Of a stretch of DNA of 64,000 bases, positions 56,011-64,000 are shown piece after piece. A program made the position numbers and the translations under genes. Below the pieces are notes generated by a model. That model was not told where the DNA came from. It saw only the letters and a program-made list of their open reading frames with translations, and ran no database searches. The stretch comes from Candidatus Sericytochromatia bacterium (GTDB lineage: Bacteria; Cyanobacteriota; Sericytochromatia; S15B-MN24; JAQBPE01): contig JAYKHR010000145.1 in NCBI GenBank assembly GCA_035285125.1, positions 14,653 through 78,652 of the forward strand, given 5' to 3'. Within the stretch, counting starts at the first letter, position 1. Each line of letters starts with the position of its first letter.

Positions 56011-58152
56011 GTGTTTGTGGAACCGCTGGTGTTGTCAGGGGCCTGGCAGCTCAGGCCCGTGGAAGCCTTCGCGGACGAGTACCCGGCCACGGCAGGCTGG
56101 TTGGAGCAAGACCTGCCGGCGCACTGGCAGGAGCACCCGGCGCTGGCTGACCACAGCGGCAAGGTCGTCTACCGCAAGACCTTCGCGGGCCCGCCAGGGC
56201 TGGAGCTCGCCCCCGCCGTCCGGCGCTGCCTGCGCCTGCGCGGCGTGTTTTACCGCTTTCGCATCCGGCTCAACGGCGTGCCCGTGGGGGAGAGCGAGGG
56301 CTACTTCTTCCCGCAGGACTTCGAGGTCACGGGGCTGCTGCAGGCGCACAACGAGCTGATCATCGAGGTGGACAGCCCGACCGAACGGTCCTGTCTCGAG
56401 AAGGAGACGATCACGGGGGTGTTCGCCCACTGGGACGCCCTGTCGAGCTACGCTTACAACGCGGGTGGGCTGTGGCAGCCCGTGGAGCTCGTCGCCCACC
56501 CCGCGCTCCACATCGCGCGCACGCTGGTGCACCTCGAGCGCTTCGACGCGCAGGCCGCCTCTGTCGCGCTGAGGCTGGAGCTGCAGGTGGAGGCCCCGGG
56601 CCCCGCGCGCTGGTCGGTGACCTTCACGCCCCACAACTTCGGGGGCGAGGCACTGGGCTTCGCTGGCGAGGTCGAGCTGGGCGAGGGCCACTTCGGCTGG
56701 CAGCAGGTGCTGCAGCTTGCGCCGTACCGGCTCTGGTGGACGCACGACCTCGGGCACCCGGCGCTGTACCGGGTCGCGGTGCGGCTTGAGGGCCCCGGTG
56801 GGCATGTCGCCACCTGGGAGGGTGTCACGGGGCTGCGGACCTGGGAGATGCGGAGCTACGTGGCGCACCTGAACGGGCGCCGCCTGTACGTGAAGGGCAG
56901 CAACTACCCGCCAGGCGACGCCCGCCTGGGCACGATGACGGCCGAGAGGGCGGCGCACGACATGCGCCTCGCGATCGACGCCCACATGAACATGCTGCGC
57001 GTCCACGCCCACGTGGACCACCCGGCGCTGTACGCCGCGGCGGACGAGGCCGGGGTGCTGCTGTGGCAGGACTTCCCCCTGCAGTGGCTGTACGCGCGCA
57101 AGGTGCTGCCCGAGGCGCTGCGCCAGAGCCAGGAGATGGTGCGGCTGCTCTACAACCACCCCAGCATCGTGGTCTGGTGCCTCCACAACGAGCCGCTGCA
57201 CGTCGACGACACCAGCGTGGAGCCCCTGCTGCGCCAGCTGCGGACCTACTGGAGCCTGATTCGCAGCTGGAACCGCGACGTCATGGGCACCCAGCTGGTG
57301 GCGGCGGTGTCCCGGCTGGACGCGGGCCGCACGGTGATCCGCTCGTCCGGCGAGATGTGGATCCCCGGCTGGCTGGAGGGCACGGACGGCCACTTCTACT
57401 TTGGCTGGTACATGTCGTACGGGCCCAAGCGCTGGTTCGACCTGTGGCGGCGGCTCTTCCCCCGCAGCCTGCGGTTCGTGACCGAGTTCGGCACCCAGAG
57501 CTTTCCCAACTACGAGAACGCCCGGCGCTTCCTGCCGGACGACTTGCGCGGCGCAGACTGGCGGGCGCTGCACAGGCAGTACCTGCTGCAGTGGGACCTG
57601 ATGGGGCTGTGGATCGACACCAGCTCGCACGACCTCCAGGACCTCGTGGCCCGCAGCCAGGCCTACCAGGCCGAGATCAACCGCTACTACATCGACCGGC
57701 TCCGGTACTACAAGTACCGTCCGAACGGGGGCTTCCTGAACTTCATGTTCATGGATTCCCAGCCTGGCGTCAGCTGGTCGCTGATCGACTACTGGCGGAC
57801 GCCCAAGGCCTCTTACGAGGCCTACCGCCGCTGCCTGTCGCCGCAGTACGCCTTCTGCCTCACGCCACGCGACAGCTACCGGGTCGGCCGGCGGGTGGCG
57901 CTGCCGGTGTACGTGGTGAACGACGCCCCCGCGCCTCGCGAGGTCACGGTCACCACCACGCTGCTGGACCCGGAAGGCCGGCCGGTGACCGAACTGGTCG
58001 TGACCCGCACGCTGCACGCGGACAGCGAGGCGGAGGCCCTCGGCCCGGTGGCCTTCCAACCCACGTGCCGCGGCCGCTGGGAGCTGCGGCTGACGCTGAG
58101 CCAGGCCGAGGGGCCTGAGCTGGTGAACGCCTACGGGCTCGAGGTGGCCTAG
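56011..58152 (+). CDS. glycoside hydrolase family 2 (beta-mannosidase-like)
   Basis: EGYFFP, KGSNY, NMLRVHAH, LLWQDFP, NHPSIVVWCLHNEP, FVTEFG. Confidence 0.9.
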   Translation: MFVEPLVLSGAWQLRPVEAFADEYPATAGWLEQDLPAHWQEHPALADHSGKVVYRKTFAGPPGLELAPAVRRCLRLRGVFYRFRIRLNGVPVGESEGYFFPQDFEVTGLLQAHNELIIEVDSPTERSCLEKETITGVFAHWDALSSYAYNAGGLWQPVELVAHPALHIARTLVHLERFDAQAASVALRLELQVEAPGPARWSVTFTPHNFGGEALGFAGEVELGEGHFGWQQVLQLAPYRLWWTHDLGHPALYRVAVRLEGPGGHVATWEGVTGLRTWEMRSYVAHLNGRRLYVKGSNYPPGDARLGTMTAERAAHDMRLAIDAHMNMLRVHAHVDHPALYAAADEAGVLLWQDFPLQWLYARKVLPEALRQSQEMVRLLYNHPSIVVWCLHNEPLHVDDTSVEPLLRQLRTYWSLIRSWNRDVMGTQLVAAVSRLDAGRTVIRSSGEMWIPGWLEGTDGHFYFGWYMSYGPKRWFDLWRRLFPRSLRFVTEFGTQSFPNYENARRFLPDDLRGADWRALHRQYLLQWDLMGLWIDTSSHDLQDLVARSQAYQAEINRYYIDRLRYYKYRPNGGFLNFMFMDSQPGVSWSLIDYWRTPKASYEAYRRCLSPQYAFCLTPRDSYRVGRRVALPVYVVNDAPAPREVTVTTTLLDPEGRPVTELVVTRTLHADSEAEALGPVAFQPTCRGRWELRLTLSQAEGPELVNAYGLEVA

Positions 58153-58994
58153 CGCCCCAGGATGTCGATCCGCACCGCGCCGACGCCGTCGATGGCGAGC
58201 ACGCGGGCCGCTGCAGCCGACAGGTCGATCATGCGGCCCGCCACGTAGGGCCCCCGGTCGTTGATCCGAACGAGGCAGGCCTTCTGGTTGCGGGTGTTGG
58301 TCACGAGGAGGACGGTCCCGAAGGGCAGGGTCTTGTGAGCCGCCGTCATCATGTTCTGGTCGAAGCGCTCCCCGCTGGCAGCGCGGCGGCCGTGGAAGCC
58401 CGGCCCGTACCACGAGGCCCGCCCCAGCAAGGTGCCTGCCCCCGCACCACGGGAGGCGACGAAGCCCAGCGCGCGGCCCCCCGACGCCATGCGAAGGTTG
58501 TCGAGCCAGCGCAGCACCAGCTGAGCGGGCCGCACCCCGACCTCGGCAGCCAGGCGGTCGTCGATGGTGACCAGGGTCTCGCCGCCCAGCACGAGCGCGT
58601 AGGTGCCGCCACGCCGAGCGGGCTTGATGTCGTCGGCGCGGAGCCGGCCCTGCGCGTGGGCCCGGTTGATGCGCTCGGCAATGGCGTTCGCCCGTGCCCC
58701 GTCGTCTCCCGGCAGCGTCATCACGCGCAGCAGCCCCACGTAGACGTCAGCAGCCACCCGCCCGCGTTCCAGGGTGGCGACGGCGTTGGCGAACCGCGGG
58801 TTGGAACTGAGCAGTTCGGCGCCCGTGCTGGCGACCTTGGCATGCATCTCGACGGCGCCCGCGGGGACCACCCCGTTGGGGGCCAGCGTCCAGGCCGAGT
58901 CCGGCTCGTAGATGTCCAGAGCGCGCGCAGCGGGCGCCGCGACGGCCAGCGGGAGGCTCAGCAGGGCGGTGGATGCGAGCAGTCTGAACAGCAT
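58149..58994 (-). CDS. rlpA: septal ring lytic transglycosylase RlpA family protein
   Basis: GRASWYGPGFHGRRAASGERF, TAAHKTLPFGT, VRINDRGPY, IDLS. Confidence 0.92.
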   Translation of the reverse strand: MLFRLLASTALLSLPLAVAAPAARALDIYEPDSAWTLAPNGVVPAGAVEMHAKVASTGAELLSSNPRFANAVATLERGRVAADVYVGLLRVMTLPGDDGARANAIAERINRAHAQGRLRADDIKPARRGGTYALVLGGETLVTIDDRLAAEVGVRPAQLVLRWLDNLRMASGGRALGFVASRGAGAGTLLGRASWYGPGFHGRRAASGERFDQNMMTAAHKTLPFGTVLLVTNTRNQKACLVRINDRGPYVAGRMIDLSAAAARVLAIDGVGAVRIDILGR

Positions 58995-59208
58995 ATTCGG
59001 ATGGCCTCCTGGCGACAACGACATCGCGACGCCTGGTCGGAGGCTCAGGTTAACACGCGGGCGCATCCACGTCAAAACGCGCCGCCCCACCTCCCCAGAA
59101 ACGCTGGCCCAGAGTGCCTTTCAAGGGTCTGTATCAGCCATCACCTGAGGCCCCGGCAGGCCCCCCGGGTATACTCCCCTCGGCGCTGCACCGAAGGGGG
59201 CTCAGGCC

Positions 59209-59748
59209 ATGCGCGCAGGTTTCACGCTCATCGAGGTGCTGGTCGCGGCCACCTTGCTCACGCTCGGGCTGGGCACGGCGGCCTACCTGATGGCGTCCGC
59301 CTATGGCACCTTTCGGGCCCAGGAGCGCACCATCGAGAGCCAGCACCTGGTCCACAATGAGCTGGAGACGATGGTCAACACGTCTTACGCGGAGCTCGTG
59401 TCGTACCTGGCGTCGGCGCGGAACCCGGGCGAGCCCGCCCGCGAGGCGCTCGTTCCCCTGCGGGACTACGTCAAGGAGGGGGACGGCAGCGTGAAGGCCA
59501 CCGTCGAGCTGATCCCGCCGGGGCCAGACGAGACCAAGTACAAGGTGCAGCGCAAGGACCCTGCCAAGGGCCTCTTTCTGACGCTTTCCCGCCAGCCGCG
59601 CACGACGATCGAGATGACGGTGCGGCTCCAGCACTGGGACCCGGTGCTGGATCGCCCCAGCGAGACGGCTGCGGGCCTGATCCGGGCGACGTGCCAGACG
59701 AACGTGCACGGCACACACGACGATGGGGCCGTGTATGTGGCGCGGTAA
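59209..59748 (+). CDS. type IV minor pilin (PilV-like)
   Basis: Class III signal G|FTLIEVLVA. Confidence 0.85.
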   Translation: MRAGFTLIEVLVAATLLTLGLGTAAYLMASAYGTFRAQERTIESQHLVHNELETMVNTSYAELVSYLASARNPGEPAREALVPLRDYVKEGDGSVKATVELIPPGPDETKYKVQRKDPAKGLFLTLSRQPRTTIEMTVRLQHWDPVLDRPSETAAGLIRATCQTNVHGTHDDGAVYVAR

Positions 59749-60520
59749 CCCGGCGCCGGGCTTCACCGTGCTGGAGCTCCTGATCGCGGCCAGCCTCACC
59801 ACCCTGCTGGCCGGCCTCGCGGCCCAGGGCACGTTCGAGTACTTCCGGCTCAAGCAGGGGCTGCTGCTCCGCACCGAGCTGCGCCACGCGGTGCAGGCGG
59901 TGCAGGCGCGCGTGAGCAGCACGCTGCAACAGGCCATCAGCTTGTTACCGCTCACCGGCGGCGGGTACATCCTCGTGCTGCCGCAAGACCGGGACCGGTG
60001 CGGCTACGTGTGCGCCCTGGATCGCTACCAGGTGCTGCGCTGGGAGGTCGTCCCGGAGGCCGGCCGCACGGGGGCCTCCTACCTGCGGGAGGTTCGCACC
60101 ACGACGCGGGCCTTCCGGCTGCCCGTCTCCGAGGCCGAGCTCCAGCCCGTCTTTGCCAAGGCCATCGGCAGGGGCGAGCGGGTGGCGTCGGGGGTGACGG
60201 CCCTGATCATCGAGCCCGAGCGCGACCGGTTCTACAACACCGTGATCAAGATGCAGCGGGAGGGGCCTCGCGGCGGCGGCCCCGTGACCCTGGCAAGCCA
60301 GGAGTTCGTCGCCCTGCGATCGCAGCCACGCCAGGAGGACCTCCCGGACCTGGCGGCGCTCAGCCCGGGCAAGATCAGCACGGGGGACGCGTCCCACCAT
60401 GCGTCCCACCCCCACGCGCCAGGGGCGTTGGAGGGACCGACGGCGACGCCCCTGCCAGCCGCCACGCGGCCCCCGCGCGGGCCCGGACCAGAGGCCCCCC
60501 CGGCCGGGGGGGGGCCGTGA
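59735..60520 (+). CDS. type IV minor pilin (PilW/PulJ-like)
   Basis: G|FTVLELLIA; overlaps both neighbours. Confidence 0.8.
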   Translation: MWRGNPAPGFTVLELLIAASLTTLLAGLAAQGTFEYFRLKQGLLLRTELRHAVQAVQARVSSTLQQAISLLPLTGGGYILVLPQDRDRCGYVCALDRYQVLRWEVVPEAGRTGASYLREVRTTTRAFRLPVSEAELQPVFAKAIGRGERVASGVTALIIEPERDRFYNTVIKMQREGPRGGGPVTLASQEFVALRSQPRQEDLPDLAALSPGKISTGDASHHASHPHAPGALEGPTATPLPAATRPPRGPGPEAPPAGGGP

Positions 60521-61059
60521 AGCGTCGCCGGGGTGGAGCGCTCTACTTCGTCTTGCTGATGCTCGCCGTGCTCGTCTTCCTCGGGGCGATGGTGCCCCAG
60601 GTGCTCGTCCAGGCGAGCGTGGGCATCCGGCACGACAAGGCCCGGGACGCGCTCACGGTGGCCCTCGACTCGGCCATCGCCTTCGGCGAGGCCCGGCTCA
60701 AGCGGGACGTGGGCGACGCCCTGCTGCTCGGCAGGGTGCCGGAGACCACCCCGCGCTTCACGGTGCGCCCCAGCCAGGACAACCCCGACCACGGCCCGAA
60801 GCGGCGCCTCGACTGGGAGGCGAGCCTGGTCGAGTTCGGGCCCCACGACCTCGGCGGCGAGGACGCCTACACCTACCGCTACGGGCTGCGGGCCTCGGCC
60901 TGGGAGACGGGCGGCGCGCACCGGACGGAGCGCGTGGCGGTGACGGGCCTGATGACCATCCAGACGGCTGCTGGGCGCGCCCCCGGGGCGTTGCCCGAGG
61001 TCACCTTCGAGCCGATGATCATGCCGCTGGCAACAGGCACCCTGTCGCCCCCGCCCTGA
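60517..61059 (+). CDS. PilX/PulK-like minor pilin
   Basis: KRRRG|GALYFVLLML lacks Glu+5, as is typical for PilX/GspK; GTGA coupling. Confidence 0.7.
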   Translation: MKRRRGGALYFVLLMLAVLVFLGAMVPQVLVQASVGIRHDKARDALTVALDSAIAFGEARLKRDVGDALLLGRVPETTPRFTVRPSQDNPDHGPKRRLDWEASLVEFGPHDLGGEDAYTYRYGLRASAWETGGAHRTERVAVTGLMTIQTAAGRAPGALPEVTFEPMIMPLATGTLSPPP

Positions 61060-61083
61060 GGCCCCCCGCGCTGGCCTGACGCC

Positions 61084-62103
61084 TCAGGCCGGCGCAGCCG
61101 CGCGCGACAGCCGGTCCGACACGGCCGCCCACGCCTCGGTGGCGGGCGGGGCCTCGACGAGGATGTCGGTGAGGCCCTCGGCGTCCAGCGTGTGAAGCGT
61201 CGCATAGAGCCGCTGCGCGTAGCCGGCAGGCTCCGCCGGCATCTCGACCCAGCGCAGGGCGTGGGCCCCTGCCGGCGCCGGAGAGAGCCCGAGCACGCCC
61301 ACGCGGGCGCCCGAGGCGGCCACCTCGCGGCCCGCCTCCGCGAGGGCCCGCCCCCCCAAGCCCCACAGGCGCAGCCGTGCCCGCGGGGCGTAGTGGCGCG
61401 CCGCGAGGCCCGGGCTCGGCAGGGCCCCCTCGTGGACGCCCGGCGCGAGCACCTCGACGCGGCCCAGCACGGCGCGGAGGGCCGCGGCCGAGAGGCCGCC
61501 GGGCCGCAAGATGCGCGGACAGGCCCCCGTGAGGTCGAGCACGGTGGACTCGAGCCCGACCTCGGCCGCGCCGCCATCGAGCAGCAGCACGTCGTGGGGC
61601 GCGCCCGACAGGCCAGAAGCCACGTGGTCGGCCTGCGTGGGGGAGAGCCCCATGTAGGGGTTGGCGCTCGGCGCAGCGACGGGCACGGCCGCAGCTGCCA
61701 GCAGCGCCCTCGCCACGGGGTGCGCCGGGACGCGCACACCGACCGCCGGCAGGCCCGCCGAGACGCCGGGGGGCAGGCCGTCAGCCCGCGGCAGCACGAG
61801 CGTGAGCGGCCCGGGCCAGAAGGCCTCGGCCAGCCGCTCGGCCTCCGCCGGCCACGCCGCCACCACGCCGCGCAGCCCCTCGGGGTCGGCGGCGTGCACG
61901 ATCAGCGGGTTGGTCGGCGGGCGGCCCTTGGCGGCGTAGATCGCCGCCACGGCCTCGGGGTCGAGGGCGTTGGCGCCGAGCCCGTACACGGTCTCAGTGG
62001 GGAACGCGACAAGCCCCCCTGCCCGCAGGCGCGCGGCGGCCTCGGCGATCGCCGGGTCTGTCGGAGTGGCGGTCATCACCGCAAGGCGACGAAGGGGGGT
62101 CAT
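61084..62103 (-). CDS. tsaC: L-threonylcarbamoyladenylate synthase (Sua5 type)
   Basis: VAFPTETVYGLGA, KGRP..NPLIVH, PGPLT, AAPSAN, GLESTV, SPGL..RHYAP; start could also be 62076. Confidence 0.95.
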   Translation of the reverse strand: MTPLRRLAVMTATPTDPAIAEAAARLRAGGLVAFPTETVYGLGANALDPEAVAAIYAAKGRPPTNPLIVHAADPEGLRGVVAAWPAEAERLAEAFWPGPLTLVLPRADGLPPGVSAGLPAVGVRVPAHPVARALLAAAAVPVAAPSANPYMGLSPTQADHVASGLSGAPHDVLLLDGGAAEVGLESTVLDLTGACPRILRPGGLSAAALRAVLGRVEVLAPGVHEGALPSPGLAARHYAPRARLRLWGLGGRALAEAGREVAASGARVGVLGLSPAPAGAHALRWVEMPAEPAGYAQRLYATLHTLDAEGLTDILVEAPPATEAWAAVSDRLSRAAAPA

Positions 62104-62109
62104 GGGCGT

Positions 62110-62121
62110 CATGCTAGCATG
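62110..62121. promoter_or_regulatory. palindromic bidirectional extended -10 element
   Basis: CATGCTAGCATG reads TG-C-TAGCAT on both strands between divergent genes. Confidence 0.45.
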
Positions 62122-62152
62122 GTCGGGGCCTGGCCCCGCAGGAGGACAAGGC

Positions 62153-62980
62153 GTGCGATACATCCTGGCAGACGAGCTCAACTGCTTCCCACCCGAGCCG
62201 GTCGAGGCCGAACTCGTGAGGCTCGGCGTGACCTACGTGGCGCTGCTGGAGCGCGTCGCCACCGTGCTAGCCGCCAAGCCGCTGCTGCTGTTCCGCGAGG
62301 TGGCCCGTTGCGTTCCGGCTTACTGGTCGGTGCACGTCAAGGACCACTACCCGACAGAGGTGCAGCAGGCCCTCATCGAGACCCTTCGCACCCCGACGCC
62401 GGAGGCCATCGCCACCTGGGAGCGCCTTGCGCCGTATGCCTTCAAGAAGGCGGCAACGATGGCCACCGAGACCCTCGTCTACGACCGCCTGCCCTGGGTG
62501 CTGGCCCTGCTGCGCAACTGGCACACGCTGCCCCCCGCCCCGGAAGACAGGCCCACCCCCGCCGCGCGGAAGCTGCCGGTGCTGGGCGTCGTGCTGGAGG
62601 GCCTGCACCTGATGAACAAGGTGCAGCGGCTCGCCGTGGAGGCCGCCCAGAAAGAGGCCCAGAGCAAGGGGGAGCGGGTGCCCTTCGGGGACATGTGCGT
62701 GCGCAAGGGCTTCGTGACGGCCGAGCAGCTGGCGGAGGCCCTGCGCATTCAGGACGAGATCGCGGTGGCCCTGGACTCACCCAAGCGCCTCGGGCTCTAC
62801 CTGCTGGAGGTCGGGGTCGTCACGCCGGCTCAGCTGCGCGACGCGCTGGCGGAGCACCGCAACACCGCGATGCCCCTGGGGCAGGTGCTGGTGGAGCAAG
62901 GGGCGCTGGACCCGGAGCTGCTGGAGACCGTGCTGGGGCTCCAGCGCCAGGACCGCATCGCGGGCTGGCAGGCGAGCTGA
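62153..62980 (+). CDS. protein with three C-terminal MshEN-like (c-di-GMP-binding) repeats
   Basis: PFGDMCVRKGFVTAEQLAEALRIQ, RLGLYLLEVGVVTPAQLRDALAEH, PLGQVLVEQGALDPELLETVLGLQ; AGGAGG RBS before GTG. Confidence 0.8.
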   Translation: MRYILADELNCFPPEPVEAELVRLGVTYVALLERVATVLAAKPLLLFREVARCVPAYWSVHVKDHYPTEVQQALIETLRTPTPEAIATWERLAPYAFKKAATMATETLVYDRLPWVLALLRNWHTLPPAPEDRPTPAARKLPVLGVVLEGLHLMNKVQRLAVEAAQKEAQSKGERVPFGDMCVRKGFVTAEQLAEALRIQDEIAVALDSPKRLGLYLLEVGVVTPAQLRDALAEHRNTAMPLGQVLVEQGALDPELLETVLGLQRQDRIAGWQAS

Positions 62981-62989
62981 GCCCGTCCG

Positions 62990-63895
62990 CTAGGCGCAGG
63001 AGGCGTGGTCGCTGCCCCCGCGCGGCCCTTGCGCGGTGTCGAGGGCCTCGCCGAAGGCGCGGTGCAACCGAGCCGCGTGGGCCGCAGAGATCGCAGCGTG
63101 AGGGTGCCGCGGGTCGAATTCCACCCAGTCGCTGGCCACCACCGGCAACCGGGTCGCCAGGCCGCACAGCAGCAACTCGGCCTCGTCGGGCGTGAGGCCC
63201 CCCGCGCTCGGGGTGCCCGTGGCCGCGAAGTGGGCCTCGTCGAGGCTGTCGAAGTCGAAGCTCAGGTGGACGGGCAGGCCCGCGAGACGCTCGGCGACTT
63301 GCTCGACGACGGCCTGAGGGCCCAGCTCGCGCAGGGTCGGCACGGAGATGCACAGCACCCCGTGACGGGCCAGCAGCTCCTGCTCGCCGGGGTCGACCTC
63401 CCGCGCGGCGATCAGCACGACGTCATCCGGGCGGACGTGGGCCCCGAACAGCCCCGTCAGGCGCTCGTCGCCGAGCCCGCAGGCCACGGCCAGGGGCATG
63501 CCATGGGCGTTGCCCGTGGGCGAGGTGTCCGGCGTGTTGAAGTCGGCGTGGGCATCGATCCAGACCACGCCGACCCGCCCGAACCGACGGGTCGTCGCGG
63601 AGAGCGAGCCCATCGCCAGCGAGTGGTCTCCCCCGACCAGCTGAGGGTGATGGCCTTCCTGGAAGATGGCGAGGGCGTGATCGCGGATGGCGAGACACAT
63701 GGCCCGCACCACGGTCAGGATGGCCCCCTGGTTCCCGGCCTGCGGGAGGATCGAGGGCACGAGCCGTGCCTCGGCGCCCACCTCGCCAAACCAGGTGGGC
63801 GGGAGTTCGACGCCCGGAAATCGCCCCCCTGGGTGCGAGTGCACCACAATGGGGCTTCGTCGGACGGGGCTGGTGGGTTCAAAGAGCAAGGACAT
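62990..63895 (-). CDS. arginase family protein
   Basis: GGDHS, DAHADFN, GNAHGMP, SFDFDSLD, GTPSAGGL, VEFDP. Confidence 0.9.
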   Translation of the reverse strand: MSLLFEPTSPVRRSPIVVHSHPGGRFPGVELPPTWFGEVGAEARLVPSILPQAGNQGAILTVVRAMCLAIRDHALAIFQEGHHPQLVGGDHSLAMGSLSATTRRFGRVGVVWIDAHADFNTPDTSPTGNAHGMPLAVACGLGDERLTGLFGAHVRPDDVVLIAAREVDPGEQELLARHGVLCISVPTLRELGPQAVVEQVAERLAGLPVHLSFDFDSLDEAHFAATGTPSAGGLTPDEAELLLCGLATRLPVVASDWVEFDPRHPHAAISAAHAARLHRAFGEALDTAQGPRGGSDHASCA

Positions 63896-64000
63896 GGAAA
63901 GAAATGCCTCTCACGCCGTTGTGGGGGGACATACGACAAGTTTACCACCCGGGCGGTGCCCCGGGTGAGGCTCAGCCCACAGAGTGGAGCAGCCCCGTGG

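Noticed and set aside
60495-60514. C7/G9 homopolymers as a pilin phase-variation switch
   Set aside because: They lie in the last codons of a low-complexity tail, so slippage would barely change the protein; GC-rich background
1-64000. CRISPR array, IS element, prophage, rRNA or tRNA
   Set aside because: No regularly spaced repeats, transposase/integrase or phage structural motifs, or cloverleafs seen by eye

Overview
Very GC-rich, gene-dense bacterial chromosomal window with about 56 plausible CDSs. I found no rRNA, tRNA, CRISPR array, transposase or integrase. A cyanobacterial-type HtpG, a DUF3370-like protein, many LAGC lipoproteins and several kinase-STAND-TPR proteins tentatively suggest a non-photosynthetic relative of Cyanobacteria such as Sericytochromatia (inference only). 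Main points: (1) 1.4-8.5 kb is a defence-like island with a WYL regulator, a wHTH/coiled-coil/RelE-like fusion, a DUF4258-like gene pair and an RNase H-like (DUF3800-like)-TPR protein. (2) 18.5-24.3 kb is a five-gene translationally coupled operon (membrane protein, atypical CocE/NonD hydrolase, heme-oxygenase-like diiron enzyme, enolase-superfamily enzyme, GH3 acyl-amido synthetase) lying between two paralogous Ser/Thr kinase-STAND-TPR genes. (3) 36136-36663 is a TlpA-like thioredoxin split by the ORF caller; it has an in-frame UGA in a UxxC motif followed by a SECIS-like hairpin, so it is a probable selenoprotein. (4) 38.18-38.55 kb is a ~365-nt multibranched intergenic RNA candidate that I cannot match to a known family. 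(5) 54.05-54.22 kb is a switch-like structured leader. Housekeeping or recognisable genes include htpG, a xanthine-dehydrogenase-family three-subunit cluster, rlpA, tsaC/sua5, an arginase, a desaturase and pilus genes. All product calls come from motif recognition by eye, not database searches.
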